The notes under the pieces were generated by a model that saw only the letters and a list, made by a program, of their open reading frames with translations, searched no databases and had not been told where the DNA came from. Both the position numbers and the translations under genes were made by a program. From Taibaiella sp. (GTDB taxonomy: Bacteria; Bacteroidota; Bacteroidia; Chitinophagales; Chitinophagaceae): a DNA stretch of 64,000 nucleotides. The stretch covers positions 14,495-78,494 of the forward strand of contig JAIOYR010000004.1 in NCBI GenBank assembly GCA_021740995.1, read 5' to 3'. Positions 28,501-37,314 of this stretch are shown here, one piece after another (within the stretch, counting starts at the first letter, position 1; every line of letters starts with the position of its first letter).

Positions 28501-28703
28501 AAAAGGAAACAGGTAAGAACATTTTACTTTTTGTAAGAGAGAAAAACAAAGACGATATGGGTAATACAATCGGGTATGTCTTCCTTGGAAATGTTAACTA
28601 TGTTAAGCATTACCATCAGAAACCGATGAGTATAACATGGGAATTGAACGAACCGATACCTGCATACATATGGAAAGACTCTGCAAAGATGTCTTCAAGC
28701 TAG
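25563..28703 (+). CDS. PLD nuclease + SF2 helicase + DUF3427-like domain; SauUSI-like type IV restriction enzyme
   Basis: RLHAKAYLF and GSSNLS (PLD), ATGTGKT, DEVHH, GLTATPER, QQLGRGLR, C-terminal YDDYAISETLFHWQSQN; overlaps the Nudix gene by 8 bp; AT-rich. Confidence 0.88.
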   Translation: MLKLGLYEQLINRLFLTKLNKLGTSNFYVKESILDKEEASKYLSKYLGEVIGVALSTIKDENNVEKQIELSNKIIKLLNEELKTTDFEDDIIEIQGRILTAIFSRLDIDYVKIDDHIKHITPYTRFTQSELFIGGNNLKISLESELKKEILSANEICFLVSFIKYGGIRVFQKEFEEFTNNGGKLKIITSSYMGATDVKAVEYLANLRNTEVKVSYNTQSERLHAKAYLFLRDSGFHTGYIGSSNLSRSAVTNGLEWNLKVTTKEIGHIIKKFHDTFESYWEDKSFESFDKHKDREKLQDSINRQKGTSNYTIAYFDLSPFTYQKEILERLEAERVLHNRYRNLIVAATGTGKTVIAAFDYKKFKESKSRARLLFVAHRKEILEQAQATFRGVLKDNNFGELWVDGILPTKNDVVFASVQTLNNQLPNSKLTQDYYDYIVIDEVHHIAAKSYRPVLEAFKPQVLLGLTATPERMDNENILVDFCNVIAAEIRLPEALNRELLCPFQYFGISDSVDLSKVKWEKGRYIQSELTQLYINNRQRLSEILLNLDKYLTDINNVRALGFCVSQEHAKYMAENFKEAGLKAEYLTSNNSELRTELRTRLLSGDINYLFVVDIFNEGVDIPEVDTVLFLRPTESLTVFLQQLGRGLRKAKGKECLTVLDFVGNSRPEYDFEKKFRALIGKTNTSTSKEIEDEFPHLPLNCSIVLEKKAKEYILENIKSATSINRKQLLDKIRSFKYNSSKSITLYNFISENNISLEFIYKKGSWKRLCVEAGIEREFPTNCEKEITRAISKKWLLCNSISYLQFILDLAKMNFCVNVDSLSENEILMCTMLHYDVWQEASKNNDLGSSIAAIGANRDLVSEIVEVLEILIDKIDFLEKPIDLNYAMPLKVYSRYTRDQICSAFGCNTIDEKLLSQAGVINIKDKNTELLFVTLEKSEKEYSPTTLYDDYAISETLFHWQSQNSAKPDLGAGLSYITQKETGKNILLFVREKNKDDMGNTIGYVFLGNVNYVKHYHQKPMSITWELNEPIPAYIWKDSAKMSSS

Positions 28704-28794
28704 TACAGGTGTCACCCTCCCCATTTTCTTGGCACACATTTTGTGGCATTATTGTACCTGTCAGATGCTAACAACTCTTCTTACCACCAGAATA

Positions 28795-28940
28795 AAATAT
28801 TACAAAAATCGCGCGAGTAAAAGTGCGCAATTTTTGCGCAAAAAGTAAGAGGTTCTAAAGTTCTAAATAATTGAAAATCAAGTATAAAACCCTAAAACCA
28901 TGCAAACAAAAAAAGTTCAGGAAAAGTGCGCAATTTTCAA
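28795..28940 (+). repeat. Right copy of the repeat module, inverted relative to 3775-3906
   Basis: 48/50 match over the first 50 bp; second AAAAGTGCGCAA at 28922. Confidence 0.85.
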
Positions 28941-29056
28941 AAATCGCCCGTCATCACTATCAGCTTGCCGCGCCTGTAGTATAGCCTTCAGGTAAGGCTG
29001 ATATATTATATAAGCTGTGGCACACTTCCAAAAGTGTGCCACACCGCTCTGTTTTC

Positions 29057-30616
29057 CTACTTACTTTCCATCCTCACCACCGGTATTATCATTTCCTCCA
29101 GCGATACACCGCCATGCTGAAAGGTGTTTTTGTAGTAGTTCACAAAATGGTTGTAGTTGTTGGGGTAGCAAAGGAAAATATCGCCCTTGCCAAAGATAAA
29201 GGTAGAGCTCACATTGGGTACGGGCAGCCCGGCCTGCTTGGGGTCGCGGAATGAAAGCACATCCTTCGCCTCGAACTGCAGATTGCGGCCATGCTTGTAG
29301 CGTAGATTGGCAGTAGTGGCACGGTCGCCCACACACTTGCTGGGGGTCTTTACCCGCACACTGCCATGGTCTGTGGTCAGCAGCACCTGTATCCCTTTCT
29401 CAGCTATTTTTTTGAGGGCACGGTACAGCGGCGAATGCTCAAACCAGCTTACGGCCAGCGAGCGGTAAGACACCTCATCGCCTGCCAGCTCTTTGAGCAC
29501 CTCCATCTCGGTGCGGGCGTGCGACAGCATATCCACAAAGTTGTACACGATAACGGTAAGGTCGTTATTGAGGCAGTTGTGAATATTGTCTTCCATGGTT
29601 TTGGCATGGTCGTTGTTGGTGATTTTGATGTACTGGGTTTTCAGGTGGTCCAGTTTCAGGTGTTTCAGCTGGTTGCGCAGAAAGGTCTCTTCATACAGGT
29701 TTTTACCACCTTCTTCGTCATCGTTTTTCCACTCCATAGGGAAGTGGCGCTCTATATCCACCGGCAGCATACCTGCAAATATCGCATTGCGGCAATACTG
29801 GGTAGCGGTGGGTAGTATACTATAATACAGGTCGTCCTCCATTACCCGGAAAGACTCTGACATGATGGGCTGAAACGCCTTCCAGTGGTCCAGACGCAGA
29901 TTGTCTATCACCACCAGAAAAGTAGGCTTGCCCTGCTGCAGGTGTGGGGCTATCTTTTTCTCAAACACCCGGTGCGATAATAGCGGGGCATTTTTGCCGC
30001 TGTCTTTTATCCAGTCGGCATAGTTTTTAGATATGTATTTGAAGAACTCTGTATTGGCTTCTGATTTTTGGGTTTGTAGCACCTCCATCATTTCCTCGCT
30101 GTCGCTTTTGCCCATTTCCAGCTCCCAGTACACCAGCTTTTTGTACAGTTCTTTCCACTCTTCGTGGTCGGGGTTGTTGCTCAGGGCCATAAACAGGTTG
30201 CGGAAATCCTGCTGATACGCTATGGTTGTTTTTTCAGACACCAGTCGCTTGCCGTCCATTATTTTTTTCAGGGATAGCAGCACCTGGTTGGGGTTTACCG
30301 GTTTTATCAGGTAGTCGGTTATCTGCCCGCCCAGCGCATCTTCCATTATATTCTCTGCTTCGTTTTTGGTTATCATCACCACGGGCAGCAGCGGGTATAG
30401 CTCTTTGATCTTTGCCAGGGTTTCCAGGCCGGTAAGCCCGGGCATACTCTCATCGAGCAGCACTACATCCAAGGTCTTCTCCTTCAGCAGCTCCAGCGCA
30501 TCGTAGCCATTGCTGAGGGGGGTTACCGTGTAGCCTTTGTTTGTCAGAAACAGTATCTGGGACTTGAGAGAGTCAATTTCGTCATCAACCCATAAAATTT
30601 CGCCCTGTGTATTCAT
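29057..30616 (-). CDS. porX: PorX, receiver + PglZ/alkaline-phosphatase-like T9SS regulator
   Basis: ILWVDDEID, LLDESMPG, SILPTATQYCRNAIFAG, LTTDHG, FQHGGVSLEEM. Confidence 0.93.
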   Translation of the reverse strand: MNTQGEILWVDDEIDSLKSQILFLTNKGYTVTPLSNGYDALELLKEKTLDVVLLDESMPGLTGLETLAKIKELYPLLPVVMITKNEAENIMEDALGGQITDYLIKPVNPNQVLLSLKKIMDGKRLVSEKTTIAYQQDFRNLFMALSNNPDHEEWKELYKKLVYWELEMGKSDSEEMMEVLQTQKSEANTEFFKYISKNYADWIKDSGKNAPLLSHRVFEKKIAPHLQQGKPTFLVVIDNLRLDHWKAFQPIMSESFRVMEDDLYYSILPTATQYCRNAIFAGMLPVDIERHFPMEWKNDDEEGGKNLYEETFLRNQLKHLKLDHLKTQYIKITNNDHAKTMEDNIHNCLNNDLTVIVYNFVDMLSHARTEMEVLKELAGDEVSYRSLAVSWFEHSPLYRALKKIAEKGIQVLLTTDHGSVRVKTPSKCVGDRATTANLRYKHGRNLQFEAKDVLSFRDPKQAGLPVPNVSSTFIFGKGDIFLCYPNNYNHFVNYYKNTFQHGGVSLEEMIIPVVRMESK

Positions 30617-30849
30617 CGTGTGTGTTTGTGTGTTTAACCATTGATCGCTAACCGGCCTGCATACAGAACCCGGCTATGAGCAATATGAATTCAAAAATAA
30701 ACTCTTTGCAAATGTATTCAATGGTATAATAGGCAGTATTAGTTTAACGCAACTTTGGGAGCAAATGTATTCTGGTGTGTCAATATAACTTCTGATTTGG
30801 AATAACGTGTTTTACCGATTAGTATTGCACAACAAAAAGTTAAACCACT

Positions 30850-31311
30850 ATGACCGGTACAAAACTAATACGCAGGGCTACAGCAGCAGACTGCCCCCGG
30901 ATGATGGAGCTGGTGCAGGAGCTGGCAGTATATGAGCGGGCACCTGAGGCGGTAACGGTAACGCTGGAGCACTTCAGGGAAAGCGGCTTTGGTGCCAACC
31001 CTGTGTGGTGGGCCTTTGTGGCAGAGGAGGATGGTGTGGTGCTGGGGTTTGCCCTCTATTATATACGCTACTCTACCTGGAAGGGGCAGCGCATGTATCT
31101 GGAAGATATACTGGTAACAGAGGCAGCACGCGGCAAGGGCCTGGGGGCTATGCTGATGAATGCACTGATATCAGAGGCTAAGGAACGAAAATTCAGCGGT
31201 ATCACCTGGCAGGTACTCACCTGGAATGAACCTGCGCTAAACTTCTATAGAAAGTTCAATACCCGCTTTGATGATGAGTGGGTGAATGGGATACTGGAAC
31301 TGGAGGGATAA
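30850..31311 (+). CDS. GNAT N-acetyltransferase (SSAT-like)
   Basis: YSTWKG, YLEDILV..ARGKGLG, WNEPALNFY. Confidence 0.92.
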   Translation: MTGTKLIRRATAADCPRMMELVQELAVYERAPEAVTVTLEHFRESGFGANPVWWAFVAEEDGVVLGFALYYIRYSTWKGQRMYLEDILVTEAARGKGLGAMLMNALISEAKERKFSGITWQVLTWNEPALNFYRKFNTRFDDEWVNGILELEG

Positions 31312-31328
31312 TCAGAATAAGACAGAAT

Positions 31329-32195
31329 CTAATAAGTGCTGATCATATCCTTGTCCATAAAGTTTGGGCATTTGTAGGTAACAAAGTGTATAGATACGCT
31401 TAGCATAGCCATTAGGTACTGGTCTTTGGTGGCGGAGTTGCCACGTTGTTTTCCTTTGCGCCCCAGCGGATTGTCGGGGTTTATTTCTATAGAGCGGTCT
31501 TGCAGCAGGTAAGCGGGTGTTTTGGCGCTTACGGGAAAGCGGTCCAGGCCTACATAGGTAGTACTTACATCGTCCAGATAGTCTGTAAAGGTGAGGCGGT
31601 CAGTAATTTCCAGTGTCAGGTTTACCCCACCTGATATCCAGTATTTGACGCCGGCACCTATAGGCACACAGGCGCTGATGTTGGTATACTTGCGCTCATC
31701 AAATCCGCCCAGATTTTGCCCTTCTGTACCCAGTGGGCGCAGCAGGTACTTGCTACCTGCATGGGTAGTATAGGGGTCGAACATAAACGCACCTATGCCG
31801 CCGGTAAGGTAGGGGGTAAAACGGTGGTAGTGATCGCCCGTAACAAAGCGGAAGAAATTAAATTCGGCCTGAAAAGAAGCCTCTGCAATATTGCTGCGAA
31901 AGTTGAGGTTGCGCTGCTGCTGAAAAAGATCTGTGTTCAGCTTGTCGTCATAGCTTACCCGCGTATAGTATGCACCTATCTTCAGCGATATATAGTTGTT
32001 GATGTGCTTGCGGCCATAAATACCATAAGCGGGATTGATGGTTTTGAACCCATAGCGGTCGTTGAGGTCGCCAAAATACTGGGAACCACCGGCTGAAAAA
32101 CCTACCTCGGTAGACGTGAAATAGGTCTGCGCCAGCGCACGAGCGCCGGGACAAACTATTCCAATAACAATAAACAAAGGAAGTAAACGACGCAT
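31329..32195 (-). CDS. DUF6089/PorG-like outer-membrane beta-barrel protein
   Basis: EVGFSAGGSQYFGDL, RNLNFRSNI, IPIG-like VPIGAGVKY, FTDYLDDVS. Confidence 0.78.
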   Translation of the reverse strand: MRRLLPLFIVIGIVCPGARALAQTYFTSTEVGFSAGGSQYFGDLNDRYGFKTINPAYGIYGRKHINNYISLKIGAYYTRVSYDDKLNTDLFQQQRNLNFRSNIAEASFQAEFNFFRFVTGDHYHRFTPYLTGGIGAFMFDPYTTHAGSKYLLRPLGTEGQNLGGFDERKYTNISACVPIGAGVKYWISGGVNLTLEITDRLTFTDYLDDVSTTYVGLDRFPVSAKTPAYLLQDRSIEINPDNPLGRKGKQRGNSATKDQYLMAMLSVSIHFVTYKCPNFMDKDMISTY

Positions 32196-32400
32196 TAGTA
32201 CACAAATTACCTGTTTTCTGCTGTTATTACAGAAGCAGTAACAGAGTATAACGACAAAAATAACTTTTTATTGCTTCGCCTATTCAAATTTAATTGATAC
32301 TTCTCATTTCGGGTATTTTGAATATGAACGAAGTGTGTGTTGGTGACTCACCCTTTTCATTTGTAGATAATAATGATTTAACCGGGCATGTGCAATTTGG

Positions 32401-32426
32401 TAATACCTCCGTAACATACCGTCAAT
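32401..32426 (+). promoter_or_regulatory. TAAT/TAAC/CAAT half-sites at 11-bp period upstream of the TonB receptor
   Basis: Half-sites at 32401, 32412 and 32423. Confidence 0.35.
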
Positions 32427-32456
32427 TTTGGCAATATAATTTCGCGAAAAAAAATA

Positions 32457-35303
32457 ATGCAAAGAATTTTTTACTCCTTAGTATTCGTTCTCTTTTTCCA
32501 CAGTGCATTTGCAGGTAGTATAAAGGGACTGGTAACAGACTCAAAAAACAACGCTCCACTCAGTGGTGTCGTAGTATCGCTCACCGGCACCGGCAAAGGA
32601 GCTGTCTCTGACATAGACGGGCGTTACGAATTGACCGACCTACCCGACGGAAGCTACGAGATAGTGTTCACCTATGCTACCTACAAAACCTACAAACAGA
32701 CAGTATCATTATCAGGAGGACAAGAACTAACGCTGGACATGAAACTGATGCCGGAGGTGACGGAGCTGAAGGATCAGGTGGTAAAATCGGCGCGTATCAC
32801 AAACACAGAAAATGCAGTAATAAACGAGATAAGACAAAGTAATGCAGTAGTGAGCGGCACCAGTGCAGCACAGATATCAAAAACCATGGACAGGAATGCC
32901 GCTGATGTTGTAAAACGCATACCCGGTGTGACCATACAGGACGACCGATTTGTGATAATAAGAGGACTGCCGGACAGATACAATACCGTATTCCTAAATG
33001 ATGCAGGCACACCGAGCAGTGAGTCTGACAAGAGAGCATTCTCTTTCGATATGATACCCGCCGGCCTCATAGACCGTGTACTTATCTTCAAAACTCCATC
33101 GCCGGAGTTGCCCGGTGATTTTGCAGGTGGCATGGTAAAGGTGTACACATCGTCGCTGCCTGATAAGAACAAAATAACGCTTAGCCTTCAAACCTGCAGC
33201 AGGGAGTTTACTACAGGTACTTCTTACAATTACAATGCTCCTTACAAAAATGACTGGATAGCAAAGGACGACGGACAAAGAGATATACCCGCCGGCATAC
33301 CTGATTTTATCACCACCAAAGACCCGCTCTATAAGGAGAACATTGAAAAGTGGTCTAAATCTTTCGGTAACGACTGGATAGTAAGTAACACCAAAGTGAA
33401 TCCCGACTTCAGAGGCTCTTTTGCTCTGTCTAATGTAGTGAAGCTGAGAAAAATAAAGATAGGTAACACTTTAGGTCTGTCCTATTCCAATACTTACACC
33501 AACTTCCATATACACAGGCAAGATTGGGATTCTATAGCAAAAGTATACAACTACGACGATCACCGCTCTGTAAACAATGTAGCTGTGGGTGCGCTGGAAA
33601 ACATAGGTGTGGCTATAGGTAATACGAAAATAGAATTCAAGAACCTCTACAATCAGGTAGGAACATCGTCGCTAACGATACGCAAAACGATACGGGATAC
33701 GGTGAACATAGCTGACAAAGATGAAAAGGCCTATGCTATGGGCTACGAAAACAGAACTACCTATGCAGGCCAACTTGCAGGATCACACAAAAACGATGCC
33801 GATACCCGCAAGTATAACTGGACTGTAGGGCATACCGACATAGTAAAAAACCAGCCAAACAGACGCATATTAAAGTATGTAAAAGACCCAACACAAACCG
33901 ATTCTTTCTACAAAGCACAGGTGTCCAATGCCGTGGATATACTGAATGGTGGCAGGTTTTATGCAAAGCTGACGGAGAAAACATATAGCTTCAACCACCA
34001 GTTTACACAAACTGTAAAAGTTACCGACAAGTTTGCATTTGATGTGAGTGCGGGTAACTATCTGGAATACAAGACCAGAAAATTCAAGATCAGACAGTTC
34101 GGTTATTCTATAAAATCGAATGCGGTGGGTAATGGCAAGAAGTACCTGCCAATCAACGAAATATTTGCCGACTCAAATGTAGATGGGGTTAATAAATTCA
34201 AGATAGGAGAGATCACCAATCTGTATGATGAGTATGATGGTGGCAACCAGCTGGTAACAGGGTTTGTTTCCTTGAAGGTGCCGGTAGGCAAGAAAATAAC
34301 GGTGCTGGGTGGTGCCAGGTATGAAAACAATATTCAGTCGATAGTAGCCGTGGTAAACACAGATACCATTTCGCCGGTAATAGAAACGAAATTTCTGTTG
34401 CCCTCTGTAAATGCTGCATACAATTTCTCTGAAAAAAGTCTGGTAAGAGCTGCCTATGGCAAAACACTGAACAGACCTGAATTCAGGGAGTGGGCACCCA
34501 TCTACTATTATGACTTTGACGAGCTGGCCGGCAATAAAGGATCTATGTTTCCAACCACTGCCAGCAGAAACAAGCTAAACAACCAGGGAGACACTCTAAA
34601 GGTGGCAGAGATACAGAACTATGATTTGCGGTATGAGTTGTACCCTTCTTCGGGAGAGATGATACAGGTGGGTGGATTTTATAAATCTTTCAAAAATCCT
34701 ATTCAGCGCGTGCTGGTTCCGGCGAGCAGTTTTGGTGACAACAGAACTTTCACATACATCAATGCAGATAAAGCATTTTGTTATGGCCTGGAGTTTGATT
34801 TTCGCAAAAACCTTTCCTGGTTTGATAAGCTAATGGGAACCAATGTAATGAAAGACTTTGCATTAGTAGGAAATCTTACGCTTGCCAAAAGTGAATTTGT
34901 AGTGGATACCAGTATTGTAAACGGTGCAGTAACGAAAGCGCCCCTGCAGGGACAATCGCCCTACATTATTAATGCCGGTGCATTTTATCAGAATGAAAAC
35001 AATGGGTTTCAGGGTTCGCTGCTCTACAACGTTTCGGGCCCCAGAATGTACGCCATCGGTACTAATGAGTCTGGCGGCGAAAGCCTTGGCGAAATGCAGT
35101 TTCAATCGCTGGATTTTACACTGTCAAAAGTGTTCTTCAGGCATTACATCTTAAACATTGGGGTACAGAATGCGCTAAACTCGAGAGTATGGTTTATGAA
35201 AGACAGCAACAGAGATAATGAGTTCAGCGGCAAGGACGACAAAGATTTCAGAAGTTATTATCCGGGAAGGTATTATACCGTAGGCGTTAAGATTAAGTTC
35301 TAA
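32457..35303 (+). CDS. TonB-dependent receptor with N-terminal carboxypeptidase-like domain
   Basis: IKGLVTD, SDIDGRY, plug motif KRIPGVT..RGL..RY, barrel ending YTVGVKIKF. Confidence 0.93.
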   Translation: MQRIFYSLVFVLFFHSAFAGSIKGLVTDSKNNAPLSGVVVSLTGTGKGAVSDIDGRYELTDLPDGSYEIVFTYATYKTYKQTVSLSGGQELTLDMKLMPEVTELKDQVVKSARITNTENAVINEIRQSNAVVSGTSAAQISKTMDRNAADVVKRIPGVTIQDDRFVIIRGLPDRYNTVFLNDAGTPSSESDKRAFSFDMIPAGLIDRVLIFKTPSPELPGDFAGGMVKVYTSSLPDKNKITLSLQTCSREFTTGTSYNYNAPYKNDWIAKDDGQRDIPAGIPDFITTKDPLYKENIEKWSKSFGNDWIVSNTKVNPDFRGSFALSNVVKLRKIKIGNTLGLSYSNTYTNFHIHRQDWDSIAKVYNYDDHRSVNNVAVGALENIGVAIGNTKIEFKNLYNQVGTSSLTIRKTIRDTVNIADKDEKAYAMGYENRTTYAGQLAGSHKNDADTRKYNWTVGHTDIVKNQPNRRILKYVKDPTQTDSFYKAQVSNAVDILNGGRFYAKLTEKTYSFNHQFTQTVKVTDKFAFDVSAGNYLEYKTRKFKIRQFGYSIKSNAVGNGKKYLPINEIFADSNVDGVNKFKIGEITNLYDEYDGGNQLVTGFVSLKVPVGKKITVLGGARYENNIQSIVAVVNTDTISPVIETKFLLPSVNAAYNFSEKSLVRAAYGKTLNRPEFREWAPIYYYDFDELAGNKGSMFPTTASRNKLNNQGDTLKVAEIQNYDLRYELYPSSGEMIQVGGFYKSFKNPIQRVLVPASSFGDNRTFTYINADKAFCYGLEFDFRKNLSWFDKLMGTNVMKDFALVGNLTLAKSEFVVDTSIVNGAVTKAPLQGQSPYIINAGAFYQNENNGFQGSLLYNVSGPRMYAIGTNESGGESLGEMQFQSLDFTLSKVFFRHYILNIGVQNALNSRVWFMKDSNRDNEFSGKDDKDFRSYYPGRYYTVGVKIKF

Positions 35304-35320
35304 ATAAGGTTACAGTCTGC

Positions 35321-35346
35321 TAACATGTGCGTAACCCTCTCATAAC
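35321..35346 (+). promoter_or_regulatory. Three TAAC half-sites at 11-bp period (OmpR/PhoB-type box)
   Basis: TAAC at 35321, 35332 and 35343, followed by TAATTTTG. Confidence 0.45.
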
Positions 35347-35387
35347 GCTGTGCTTATAATTTTGCCTAAACTTAAAAAAGAATAATT

Positions 35388-37256
35388 ATGAAAAGAATTC
35401 TCCTTTTATCATGTCTGATCCTTGCTGCACTCAGCAACGCATCGGCATATGTTACTGTCACTGTAAAAGACAGTATTTCTACCAACACCACATGGACCTG
35501 CGATAAGCAGTACCTGCTGGAGGGATATGTGTACGTGACCGCAGGTGCTACACTGACTATCAACCCGGGCACTATCATCAGGGGCGACAAAGACACCAAG
35601 GGTGCATTGATAATAGAGCGCGGTGCTAAAATAATGGCGATGGGTACTTTGGGCAATCCCATAGTATTTACATCAAATCAGGAAGCAGGCAGCCGTGACT
35701 ATGGCGATTGGGGTGGTGTAGTGATTTGTGGAAAGGCACCTACAAACTGGAATGCAGGTCAGGGTCAGGTAGAAGGTGGTCCACGTTCATTCTACGGTGG
35801 TACCGATGCAGCAGATAACAGCGGTGAAATGCACTATGTACGTATAGAATATGGTGGTATCGCATTCTCCCCAAACAATGAAGTTAACGCACTTACACTG
35901 TGCGGTGTAGGAAGCGGCACACAGATAGACCACATACAGGTGTCTTATGGCGGCGATGATGGTTTTGAGTTTTTTGGTGGCACTGTGAATGCAAAGCACC
36001 TTGTATCTGTAGGTATGTGGGATGATGATTTTGATAATGACAATGGATACAGCGGAAAACTCCAGTTTCTGGTAGCAGTAAGAGACCCATTTTCTGCTGA
36101 CAACAGCGGCTCAAAGGCAGTAGAAAGCGACAGCTATCTTTCAGGTACTTACAGCGGTATACCAGTAGATCTGGCTAAAATGACCACTTCAATAGTGTCA
36201 AATGCTACATTGGTAGGTCCATTAGTTGCTCCTACTTCTACAGCATTTAACGACCAATACACAGCTGGTGTTCATTTGCGTCGTGGCAGCAGCATGAGCA
36301 TACTGAACAGCGTAATCATGGGCTTCCCCTGCGGATTGCTGATTGACGAGTCTTCTTCATCCTACGGCTCTACAACAGCCAACATCGCCAGCAACGAACT
36401 TCAGTTTCGTAATAATATAATTGCCGGTTCTCCTAACTTCACATCGGGTAGCACACCAAGAGTAGCCGTGTATGTAAAGGATGGCGCACGTAGCCTTACA
36501 CCCGTGAACACAAACGCAGATTCTACAACAGGAAGTCCGTTTACTCCGTTCGCTGGTCCGCTTTCTTTCTTTTATAACGCTGCATTTGGCAACAGGTATT
36601 ATTCAACATCATCTAATGTGCGTCTTACTAACCCATTCAATCTGCTGAATCCAAACCCAATACCAACAAGCACATCACCTATATCTTACAACATATCTGC
36701 ACCACACAGTGCATCTAATCCTTTCGACCCGGCCGATCCGATCAACTACGATACAACAGGTGGTGGTGTAAACTACAATGTACCTACCGTTCCTCCACAG
36801 TACGGAACGAGCAAAGCAAGTGATCCATTTTTCACTAGCGTTAACTATATAGGAGCATTCGCAGGTACTACTACTTCTGCTACAAACTGGATGAACAACT
36901 GGTGTGAGTTCGACCCAAACAACGCTGATTACGATACTATTTGTTATGTAGCTCCACCACCTCCTCCAACAGGAGTAACTGACCTTACTAAAATAATACC
37001 AAGTGGTATAAATGTATACCCTAACCCTACAAGTGGCAATGCTACAGTAGCAATAGAAGTAAGGAAAACATGTGTTGCAAAGATAACTGTAATGGACGTT
37101 ACCGGTAAAATGGTAAAGACAATAGCTAATACAGAAGTTACAAAAGGCACTCAGACATTCGACTTTAACACTAGTGATCTTGCCTCTGGTATGTACATCA
37201 TGTCTGTGAACATGAATGGCAAGACGAGAGCAGTAAGATTCAATGTAGTTAAGTAA
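35388..37256 (+). CDS. Secreted beta-helix-like protein with T9SS CTD
   Basis: NTTWT..YLL.GYVYV..GATLTINPGT, DDGFEFFGG, DDDFDND; Pro linker; CTD VYPNP...LASGMYIM. Confidence 0.85.
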   Translation: MKRILLLSCLILAALSNASAYVTVTVKDSISTNTTWTCDKQYLLEGYVYVTAGATLTINPGTIIRGDKDTKGALIIERGAKIMAMGTLGNPIVFTSNQEAGSRDYGDWGGVVICGKAPTNWNAGQGQVEGGPRSFYGGTDAADNSGEMHYVRIEYGGIAFSPNNEVNALTLCGVGSGTQIDHIQVSYGGDDGFEFFGGTVNAKHLVSVGMWDDDFDNDNGYSGKLQFLVAVRDPFSADNSGSKAVESDSYLSGTYSGIPVDLAKMTTSIVSNATLVGPLVAPTSTAFNDQYTAGVHLRRGSSMSILNSVIMGFPCGLLIDESSSSYGSTTANIASNELQFRNNIIAGSPNFTSGSTPRVAVYVKDGARSLTPVNTNADSTTGSPFTPFAGPLSFFYNAAFGNRYYSTSSNVRLTNPFNLLNPNPIPTSTSPISYNISAPHSASNPFDPADPINYDTTGGGVNYNVPTVPPQYGTSKASDPFFTSVNYIGAFAGTTTSATNWMNNWCEFDPNNADYDTICYVAPPPPPTGVTDLTKIIPSGINVYPNPTSGNATVAIEVRKTCVAKITVMDVTGKMVKTIANTEVTKGTQTFDFNTSDLASGMYIMSVNMNGKTRAVRFNVVK

Positions 37257-37276
37257 ACGATTTCATGTTGATAAAG

Positions 37277-37309
37277 GGCCGGTCTGGAGTAACATCCAGC
37301 CGGCTTTTT
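37277..37309 (+). terminator. Intrinsic terminator (probably bidirectional)
   Basis: gccgg(t)ctgga-gtaaca-tccagccggc followed by ttttt. Confidence 0.75.
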
Positions 37310-37314
37310 GTTTT

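Noticed and set aside
30663-30676. ACAGAACCCGGCTA resembles the 3' signature of RNase P RNA
   Set aside because: No GAGGAAAGTCC upstream, and only ~50 bp separate it from the porX start, too little for rnpB.
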